Assembly: GCA_947306125.1 (NCBI GenBank)
Contig: CAMZFO010000002.1
Location: 12,366 to 76,365 of the forward strand
Length of the DNA: 64,000 bases
Source of the DNA: an uncultured Clostridia bacterium
Lineage (GTDB): Bacteria > Bacillota > Clostridia > Christensenellales > CAG-138
Direction of reading: 5' to 3'
In this document: positions 57,238-64,000 of the stretch, in pieces
How the letters are laid out: each line of letters begins with the position of its first letter
Numbering within the stretch: the stretch's first letter is position 1
Made by a program: the position numbers and the translations under genes
The notes under the pieces: generated by a model
What the model was told of the DNA's origin: nothing
The model's database searches: none
The model's input: the letters and a program-made list of their open reading frames with translations, nothing else

Positions 57238-58920
57238 TCAATCGAGCGCGGTCTGCGCCCTGCGAATGAGCTCCGCGGCATGCGAAACCGCCGCTTCGCT
57301 TTCTTCCTCTGCTCCCATTATCCTCGCAAGCTCATAGGGTCTTTCGGCTTCCGTGAGCTTCTTGACGGAAGTCACCGTCCTGCCGTCCGCCTCATGCTTT
57401 GCAACCAGATAATGGGAATCGGCAAATGCTGCTATCTGCGGCAGATGGGTAACGCAGAGCACCTGGTGCTTGTTCGCGATCCTCTTCATGCGAAGACCGA
57501 CCGTATTGGCTGTCGTTCCGCTTATGCCCGTATCGACCTCGTCGAAAATAAGGGTCGGTATGCGGTCGGCGTCGGTGATAACCGTCTTGAGCGCGAGCAT
57601 TATCCTTGAAAGCTCGCCGCCGGAAGCCACCTTTGAGAGGGGCTTTAAGGGCTCGCCCTCGTTCGCGGAGAGGAGCAGGCTGACCTCGTCAAGCCCGTTT
57701 TCGCGCGGCTCGTCGTCGGGAGAAGAAAACTGCGCGCTGAGCTTCGCCTTTTTCATGCCGAGCGCCTTGAGCTGCTCCTCGGCAAGCTTGCACAGCTTAT
57801 CCGCGGAAGCCTTCCTCGCCTCCGTCAGCCTTGCCGCCGCCTTCAAGTATTCCCCGCGCAGCTCCGCCTTTTTCTTTTCAAGCGCTTCGCGCTGCGATGC
57901 GTCGCCGGTGAGCTGCTCGTATTCAGCGCGGGCGCTTTCGGCAAACTCAAGCACTTCCTTGATACTGCGTCCGTATTTATGCTCGAGCGACTCTATCGCG
58001 TCGAGCCTGTTCTCAAGCTCGTCTATCCTTTTGGGATCGAAATCGCTTTCAAGCCGCAGATCGCGGACGGAATACGAAGCGTCCTCCACCTCGTAGTACA
58101 GGTCGCTGAGCCTTGCTGCAAGCTCTTCATATGCGGAGGAGAGCGAGGCTATGCTGTTTAACTCGTCAACGGCCTTTTTCAGACTTCCGACGGCTCCCGA
58201 TTCCCCGCTCAGCGCGTCCGAAGCGGTATTCAGGCTTTCCGATATCCGCTCGGAATTATTGAGTATTCGAAGCTCCTCCTTTATCCTTTCATCCTCATCC
58301 GGCACGAGGGCCGCCTTTTCTATCTCGTTTATCTGATACCGGAGTATGTCGAGCCTGCGCTCGCGCTCCGCCTCCGAAAGGAAGCCGGAATTGAGCTTCG
58401 TTTTCACGGCGGAATACTCCGCATGCAGCGCGTCTGCGGCCCCGCGCAGAGGATCGATGACGTCGCTCATATATGCGTCGATAACGCCCAGATGATTCTT
58501 TTCATCGAGCAGTGATTGATGCTCGTGCTGACCGTGAACGTCGACAAGATGATCGGTTATCTGCTTTAGCGATGCGAGCGGTATCATGACTCCGTTGACA
58601 CGGCAGAGGCTCTTCCCCGCCGCGTTCAGCTCGCGCATTATTATGAGGCCGACGTCCTCAGACTCAAGCCCCAAATCTTTAAGGAGCTCCTTGACCTCCG
58701 GCTTGTCGGAAATATCGAAAACGGCCTCCGCCCTGCATTTCTGCTTGCCGTAAGAGATCAGCTCGCGGCTGCCCCTTGCGCCGAGCACAAGATTTATGCC
58801 GTCTATGATTATGGATTTGCCCGCGCCGGTCTCGCCCGTGAGCACGGTAAAGCCGCCGCCCAATTCGAGATCGAGGCGTTCAATAAGCGCTATGTTTTCG
58901 ATCAGCAGCCTTTCAAGCAT
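57238..58920 (-). CDS. recN: DNA repair protein RecN
   Basis: 560 aa SMC-like protein with Walker A GETGAGKS, a long coiled coil, the signature SGGELSRIMLAL and FDEVDTGISG. Confidence 0.93.
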   Translation of the reverse strand: MLERLLIENIALIERLDLELGGGFTVLTGETGAGKSIIIDGINLVLGARGSRELISYGKQKCRAEAVFDISDKPEVKELLKDLGLESEDVGLIIMRELNAAGKSLCRVNGVMIPLASLKQITDHLVDVHGQHEHQSLLDEKNHLGVIDAYMSDVIDPLRGAADALHAEYSAVKTKLNSGFLSEAERERRLDILRYQINEIEKAALVPDEDERIKEELRILNNSERISESLNTASDALSGESGAVGSLKKAVDELNSIASLSSAYEELAARLSDLYYEVEDASYSVRDLRLESDFDPKRIDELENRLDAIESLEHKYGRSIKEVLEFAESARAEYEQLTGDASQREALEKKKAELRGEYLKAAARLTEARKASADKLCKLAEEQLKALGMKKAKLSAQFSSPDDEPRENGLDEVSLLLSANEGEPLKPLSKVASGGELSRIMLALKTVITDADRIPTLIFDEVDTGISGTTANTVGLRMKRIANKHQVLCVTHLPQIAAFADSHYLVAKHEADGRTVTSVKKLTEAERPYELARIMGAEEESEAAVSHAAELIRRAQTALD

Positions 58921-58921
58921 T

Positions 58922-59725
58922 TTATCTCAGCTTTTCCCTAATTAATCTGAAAATGTTCCTTTTGCCGAAGCGGATGAACCTCGCTTTGCCCTCCGCCTGT
59001 ATGAAAACGAGCTCGTCCCCGGGGACTATGGTGCAGGCGTCCTGCCCGTCCCTCGTCAGACGGCAAACGCTTTTGGCGACTACTTTTACCGCCGAATCAG
59101 CGGAGGCGACTATCGGCCTCACGGTCAGCGAATGGGGGCATATGGGCGTTACGAGCATGCAGTCGAGCAGAGGCGCGACGACGGGGCCGCCCGCGGACAT
59201 GGTATAGCCCGTGGAGCCCGAAGGCGAAGCTACGATGAGCCCGTCCGCCATCACCTCGCCCACCGCGTCGCCGTCCACTTCAAGCGAAAGCTGAGCGATG
59301 GACGAAAGCTCCTGACGATGGATGATAAAATCGTTCAGACACTCGCCCACGGTCCTGCCGTTTACAGAGCAGGTTATCATCGAGGCGTATTCATAGGTGA
59401 ACTCGCCGTTCTGCAGCTTGTTCAAGGCTTCTTCGAAATCATCCGTGCCTATCTCGCTGAAAAAACCCACCCTGCCCATATTGATGCCGAGCACGGGCAC
59501 GTCATATGGAGCGGCGGCTGAAACGGCGCGGAGTATGGTCCCGTCGCCGCCGATGGTGACGACGCAGAAAACGTCCCGCCAGAAATCAGCCGGCTGATCC
59601 TTGAGCATCACGTCGGATGCAAAAGGCACGGTCTCGATACCGCGTTTCTCCGCCGTTTCAGACAGATCGGCGAGCAGACGCGCGGCGTTCGGTTTTTTGG
59701 GATTCGTATAGATTATCAGCTTCAT
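58922..59725 (-). CDS. nadK: NAD+ kinase
   Basis: 267 aa with the GGDGT motif (VVTIGGDGTILR) and SPSGSTGY. Confidence 0.9.
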   Translation of the reverse strand: MKLIIYTNPKKPNAARLLADLSETAEKRGIETVPFASDVMLKDQPADFWRDVFCVVTIGGDGTILRAVSAAAPYDVPVLGINMGRVGFFSEIGTDDFEEALNKLQNGEFTYEYASMITCSVNGRTVGECLNDFIIHRQELSSIAQLSLEVDGDAVGEVMADGLIVASPSGSTGYTMSAGGPVVAPLLDCMLVTPICPHSLTVRPIVASADSAVKVVAKSVCRLTRDGQDACTIVPGDELVFIQAEGKARFIRFGKRNIFRLIREKLR

Positions 59726-59737
59726 GATCCTATCAAT

Positions 59738-60541
59738 TCAAGAAAGTTCTTCATGCGAGAGCGAAACGACCCTCTCGGCCAGAGCCGGTATATCGAGGGA
59801 GGAGGCTTCCCCGTCCTTGCTCAAATACATCAGATATTCGATATTCCCCTTCGGGCCCGTTATCGGCGAGTAATCGAGCTCCTTTACGGAGAAGCCGCAC
59901 CCGACTGCGAATTCCGCCGCGGATACGAGCACCTCCGTATGAGTGCCCTTATCGCGTACGACGCCGTTCTTTCCCACCTTGCTCCTGCCCGCCTCGAATT
60001 GAGGCTTGACGAGAACGACCGCCTCGCCGCCGTAGGACAAGCATTCATACATCCTCGGCAGGATAAGCTTTATCGAGATAAACGAAACGTCGCACGAGGC
60101 GAACGACGGGACTTCGTCGAACCAGCCGGGCTCCATGAGCCTTGCGTTATGGCGCTCCATGCATACGACTCTTTCATCCGTGCGCAGGCGCCAATCGAGC
60201 TGACCGTAACCGACGTCGACGGCAAAGACGCGCCTTGCGCCGTTCTGAAGCATGCAGTCCGTAAAGCCTCCCGTGGACGCACCGACGTCGAGACAGACGC
60301 GCCCGGAAAGATCTATGCCGTACTTTCTCACCGCCTTATCGAGCTTCAGCCCGCCCCTTGAAACGAATGGGATCGGGTTCTCACGCACGGACAGCACGGC
60401 GTCGTCGGGAAATGCATCGGAGGCCTTATTGACCTTCACCTCGCCGTGATAGACTACGCCCTCCATAATGAGCGCTTTGGCGCGCTCGCGGCTCTGTGCA
60501 AGGCCCTGCTCGGTCATAAGGATATCGGCTCTTTTAGGCAT
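59738..60541 (-). CDS. tlyA: TlyA-family rRNA (cytidine-2'-O)-methyltransferase
   Basis: 267 aa with an S4 domain and an FtsJ-like methyltransferase (LDVGASTGGFTDC, DVSFIS). Confidence 0.88.
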   Translation of the reverse strand: MPKRADILMTEQGLAQSRERAKALIMEGVVYHGEVKVNKASDAFPDDAVLSVRENPIPFVSRGGLKLDKAVRKYGIDLSGRVCLDVGASTGGFTDCMLQNGARRVFAVDVGYGQLDWRLRTDERVVCMERHNARLMEPGWFDEVPSFASCDVSFISIKLILPRMYECLSYGGEAVVLVKPQFEAGRSKVGKNGVVRDKGTHTEVLVSAAEFAVGCGFSVKELDYSPITGPKGNIEYLMYLSKDGEASSLDIPALAERVVSLSHEELS

Positions 60542-62405
60542 ATATGCCTCCCATACAGCTTTTGATCGTTTCCTTCAGCTTTTCGACCGACAGACCGCAT
60601 TCCTCATCCTGCTCGGGCACGGAGCCCTGCTCGACCACCCGGTTGGGCACGCCGACGCACACGACCTTTGTTCCGCATCCCTTTGCGCTCATATATGCCG
60701 CGACCTGAGTGCCGAAGCCGTCGTTGACTACGCCGTCCTCAACGGTGATCACGTAGTGCGCGTGGGAGATCTTTTCAAGCACGTTCTCGTCCATGGGACG
60801 GATAGACCTTGCGTTATAGAGGCCGACGTTAAGCTCCGAACAAACCTCTATCGCGGTCCGGACGGTCCTTCCCGTCGCTACGACGCATACGCTGCGGAAG
60901 GGCTTTATGCACTCCCAGGAAAGGATATCCTCGCCATCGGGCAAGGGCCTGTCCGGAAGCACGCCCCTGTTATAGCGGATACAGCAGGGAGAATCCCCCT
61001 CCTTAACGGCCCACCTCAGCAGCGCGCGCAGCTCCTGCACGGAAGACGGGGAGAGTATCTTCATATTGGGCAGCGAGAGCATATAGGAGATATCGTATAT
61101 GCCGTGATGCGTCTCACCGTCTGCGCCCACAAGACCGGCGCGGTCCACACCGAATATCACCTTGAGATCCTGCAGGCATACGTCGTGCAGCACCTGATCG
61201 AACGCCCTTTGAAGGAACGATGAATAAACGCAGAAGACCGGCTTTGCTCCGGCTATGGCAAGTCCGGCCGCCATAGTAACGGCATGCTGCTCGGCTATGC
61301 CTACGTCGAAGAAGCGGTCGGGGAATCTGTTTTTGAACATATCGAGGCCCGTGCCGGAGGCCATGGCGGCGGTGATCGCGACTATCTCAGGATCCTCCTC
61401 CGCCAAAGCGCAGAGCTCCTCGGAGAACGCGTTCGAATTGCCGAAAGTGGGCTTGGTCTCGCCCGTCTCTACGTTGAATTTGCCGATTCCGTGGAATTTT
61501 TCGGGATTCCGTTCGGCGGGCTCGTATCCCCTGCCCTTTTTTGTAACGGCGTGTATCACGACGGGAACGTCCATTTCACGCGCGTGCTTGAAGACCTCGG
61601 TGAGAGTCTCTATATCATGCCCGTCTATGGGGCCCAGATAAGTGAATCCGAGCTCCTCGAAGAGCACGTTGGGAAGTATAAAATACTTGACACGGTTTTT
61701 AAGATGCTCGACCTTATCGTTCATCCATTTGCCGACGAGAGGTATCTTCCTCAGCACCCTTGAAAAGCCCTTTTTGAAGCTTCTGTATCCTCTTGCGGTA
61801 CGCATACGCGCAAGATGTCTGCTCAAGCCTCCGACATTGCCCGAGATGGACATTTCGTTATCGTTCAGAACGACTATGAGCGGGAGCTTCTGCTGGCCCA
61901 CGTCGTCCAAAGCCTCGTAAGCCATGCCGCCCGTCAGCGCGCCGTCGCCGATAAGCGCAACGACAGAGCGCTTGACGCCGCGTAAGGCGTCCGCGCGCAT
62001 AATGCCTATCGCGGCGGAGATCGAAGTGCTGGAATGACCTGTATTGAAGGCGTCGTACTCGCTCTCGTCGGTTTTCGGGAAGCCGGAAAGACCGCCTCTT
62101 TGACGGAGAGAGGGGAACCTTTCCGCGCGGCCCGTCAGCAGCTTGTGAACGTAACTCTGATGGCCGACGTCGAAAACGAGCCTGTCCTTGTCAAAATCGA
62201 ACACGCGGTGCAGAGCGATGGTCATCTCCACTACGCCGAGATTGGACGCAAGATGTCCTCCCGTTTCCGATACGACGGAGACGAGATAGCGGCGGATCTC
62301 ATCCGCGAGCTCGTATAATTCTTCATCGGAAAGCTTGCGCACGTCCTCGGGGGAGCTTATCTCCCGAAGCAGGCGAAGCTCGCTTAATTCGATCATCGTG
62401 ATCAA
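60534..62405 (-). CDS. dxs: 1-deoxy-D-xylulose-5-phosphate synthase
   Basis: 623 aa with the TPP-binding motif GDGALTGGMAYEALD, plus FDVGHQSYVHKLLTGR. Confidence 0.95.
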   Translation of the reverse strand: MITMIELSELRLLREISSPEDVRKLSDEELYELADEIRRYLVSVVSETGGHLASNLGVVEMTIALHRVFDFDKDRLVFDVGHQSYVHKLLTGRAERFPSLRQRGGLSGFPKTDESEYDAFNTGHSSTSISAAIGIMRADALRGVKRSVVALIGDGALTGGMAYEALDDVGQQKLPLIVVLNDNEMSISGNVGGLSRHLARMRTARGYRSFKKGFSRVLRKIPLVGKWMNDKVEHLKNRVKYFILPNVLFEELGFTYLGPIDGHDIETLTEVFKHAREMDVPVVIHAVTKKGRGYEPAERNPEKFHGIGKFNVETGETKPTFGNSNAFSEELCALAEEDPEIVAITAAMASGTGLDMFKNRFPDRFFDVGIAEQHAVTMAAGLAIAGAKPVFCVYSSFLQRAFDQVLHDVCLQDLKVIFGVDRAGLVGADGETHHGIYDISYMLSLPNMKILSPSSVQELRALLRWAVKEGDSPCCIRYNRGVLPDRPLPDGEDILSWECIKPFRSVCVVATGRTVRTAIEVCSELNVGLYNARSIRPMDENVLEKISHAHYVITVEDGVVNDGFGTQVAAYMSAKGCGTKVVCVGVPNRVVEQGSVPEQDEECGLSVEKLKETIKSCMGGIYA

Positions 62406-63298
62406 TTACTCCTGACAAGCATTTTATTTATGGTTTCGGAAAGGTAGCCCGTGTTTTCCAAGCCTTCGAGCGCCGAAAGCGCTTCGCTTGCCGCTTTCCC
62501 GGCGGCTTTTCGCGCGTCTTCGAGCCCGAGGAGTCCGACGTAAGTGAGCTTGCCGGATTCGGCGTCCTTTCCCAGCGTCTTGCCCATCTTCTTCTCGTCG
62601 CCCGTGACGTCCAGTATGTCATCGGTTATCTGGAAGAGCAGGCCCATTTTGACAGAATACTGCCTGAGCTTTTCTATGACCGCTTCATCCGCGCCCGCGA
62701 CGTAAGCTCCGGATATCACCGCGGCTTCGAGCATGTCCGCCGTTTTATGGCGATGGATGTATCCGAGCATCTCTTCTGTCTGTTCCTTCATGCCCTCATA
62801 CTCCATATCGGCGGCTTGTCCCGACACCATGCCGCGGGCGCCGGCCCTTATCGCTATCTCGTTAACGGCGCGAAGCACGGCTCCGGTCCTATCCTTAAGC
62901 GCGGCTGCAAGCATGGTCTCGAACGCGAACGATAAAAGCCCGTCGCCGGCCAAGGTCGCCATGGCCTCCCCGAACACCTTATGGTTCGAGGGCCTTCCGC
63001 GGCGCATATCGTCGTCGTCCATGCAGGGAAGATCGTCGTGTATGAGAGAATAGGTGTGTATCATCTCAAGCCCGCATGCAACGGGGAGCGCGGCTTCCGC
63101 ACTGCCGCCCAGCATCTCGCATACGGCGAGCACGAGGCAGGGGCGGATCCTTTTGCCTCCGCTTTCGAGGCTGTAAAACATTGCCTCTCGAAGCGCGGGA
63201 TAGACAGCCTGTCCATCGCTCTCAAATATGCTGCGAAGCTCGCCTTCGACCGCGAGCCTGTACCTTTCGGATAAGCGGGAATACGATTCAGCTTCCAT
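62402..63298 (-). CDS. ispA: (2E,6E)-farnesyl diphosphate synthase / polyprenyl synthetase
   Basis: 298 aa with the first and second Asp-rich motifs: LIHDDLPCMDDDDMRRG and QITDDILD. Confidence 0.88.
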   Translation of the reverse strand: MEAESYSRLSERYRLAVEGELRSIFESDGQAVYPALREAMFYSLESGGKRIRPCLVLAVCEMLGGSAEAALPVACGLEMIHTYSLIHDDLPCMDDDDMRRGRPSNHKVFGEAMATLAGDGLLSFAFETMLAAALKDRTGAVLRAVNEIAIRAGARGMVSGQAADMEYEGMKEQTEEMLGYIHRHKTADMLEAAVISGAYVAGADEAVIEKLRQYSVKMGLLFQITDDILDVTGDEKKMGKTLGKDAESGKLTYVGLLGLEDARKAAGKAASEALSALEGLENTGYLSETINKMLVRSN

Positions 63299-63552
63299 CA
63301 GAACGGGACCTCCTCATCGTCATCCGGGCTTTCTTCCGCCTCGTTTTCCATTTCCATGATATGCTTTGCGGCCTTTTCAAGCCTCGCGTCATAGCTCTTG
63401 AGCAGCGCTTCGCAATGCTTGGCAAGCTCCATGCCCTCCTCGTAAAGCGACATGAGCTCCGCCAGCGGGACGGATGCGCCGTTCATCTTATCCACTATAT
63501 CCTCAAGCTTTTTATAAGCCTGCTCATATGTCAATTCTTTTTTGCTCTTCAT
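63298..63552 (-). CDS. xseB: exodeoxyribonuclease VII small subunit
   Basis: 84 aa helical protein with TYEQAYKKLEDIVDKM...PLAELMSLYEEG. It lies between xseA and ispA. Confidence 0.88.
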   Translation of the reverse strand: MKSKKELTYEQAYKKLEDIVDKMNGASVPLAELMSLYEEGMELAKHCEALLKSYDARLEKAAKHIMEMENEAEESPDDDEEVPF

Positions 63553-63553
63553 A

Positions 63554-64000
63554 TCATCTGACCTCTAAAACCTCGGTGATCTGTGCGGAAGCGGAACCGT
63601 CCGCCATATTTATGCCGACCTTCTCCTCCGGCTTCAGCGCGGAGACGGAATTGATTATGTTTCCCTTTTCATCGGTAATTATGGAATATCCCCTTAAAAG
63701 CACCTCTCTCGGGCTCAATGCGAGCAGCTTGCCCTTTTTGCCCTCGAGCCTTTCCGCAGCGCCGGAGAGAGCGGAACGCGCGGTGCTCTCGGCGGCTGAC
63801 ACGAGCGCGCCGAGCCTTTCACCGAGCAGCGCCACGGCGTGATGCGGATTGGACATCGCGGCGGAGCCCCTAAGCCTTTCAAGGTCGCTCCATGAAGCCG
63901 CAACGGAGGCTTCCGCCGTCCTTTGGAGCTCCCGTTCCGCCGATATCACGCTTTCCAAAAGCTCTTCATATACGGGGCAGCAGAGCTCTGCGGCCGCTGA
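63554..64000 (-). CDS. xseA: exodeoxyribonuclease VII large subunit (partial; 5' end outside the window)
   Basis: The reading frame is open to the window edge. The C-terminal coiled-coil region ends ...LLRGYSIITDEKGNIINS...ITEVLEVR, immediately upstream of xseB. Confidence 0.85.
   Translation of the reverse strand, partial: SAAAELCCPVYEELLESVISAERELQRTAEASVAASWSDLERLRGSAAMSNPHHAVALLGERLGALVSAAESTARSALSGAAERLEGKKGKLLALSPREVLLRGYSIITDEKGNIINSVSALKPEEKVGINMADGSASAQITEVLEVR

Noticed and set aside
1-64000. Prophage, integrative element, transposon, restriction-modification, toxin-antitoxin or other defence loci
   Set aside because: Every ORF of meaningful length has a housekeeping or sporulation assignment, or is a shadow ORF. 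No integrase, transposase, recombinase, nuclease-helicase or methyltransferase modules of the defence type were seen.

Overview
This window looks like a core-chromosome segment of a moderately GC-rich, endospore-lineage Firmicute with Clostridia-like gene order; the taxon is an inference. It holds about 60 protein genes, nearly all recognisable housekeeping genes in well-known syntenic blocks. The blocks are: def-fmt-rsmB-rlmN-stp-prkC-rsgA-rpe followed by a ParC-like topoisomerase gene; lon; rrf2-nifS-nifU; lexA; miaB-mutS-mutL-miaA-hfq-ynbB-like; cmk-plsC-ispH::rpsA; a split Na+-pumping oxaloacetate-decarboxylase-type operon; rluB-dac-ytfJ-ytfI; ruvCAB; proS; and xseA-xseB-ispA-dxs-tlyA-nadK-recN-spoIVB-spo0A-like-deoB. 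There are two single tRNA genes, tRNA-Ala(GGC) and tRNA-Arg(CCG), each with its own promoter and terminator. I saw no transposase, integrase, rRNA, CRISPR array, toxin-antitoxin pair or recognisable defence system, and I did not find a convincing novel multi-gene system. The most unusual items are listed here. (1) The gene in the spo0A position keeps the Spo0A DNA-binding domain but has a degenerate receiver domain and overlaps spoIVB by 4 nt. (2) A 287-bp element with nested inverted repeats fills the whole convergent intergenic region at 19.8-20.1 kb. (3) Fragments of the tRNA-Arg 3' half, followed by an array of four covarying hairpins, lie between tRNA-Arg and a small block of nucleotide/NAD-type hydrolase genes with different codon usage. 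(4) A 9-Cys repeat protein is divergent from lexA, and the two genes have face-to-face promoters. Many long ORFs antisense to real genes appear in the ORF track; I rejected them as compositional artefacts.
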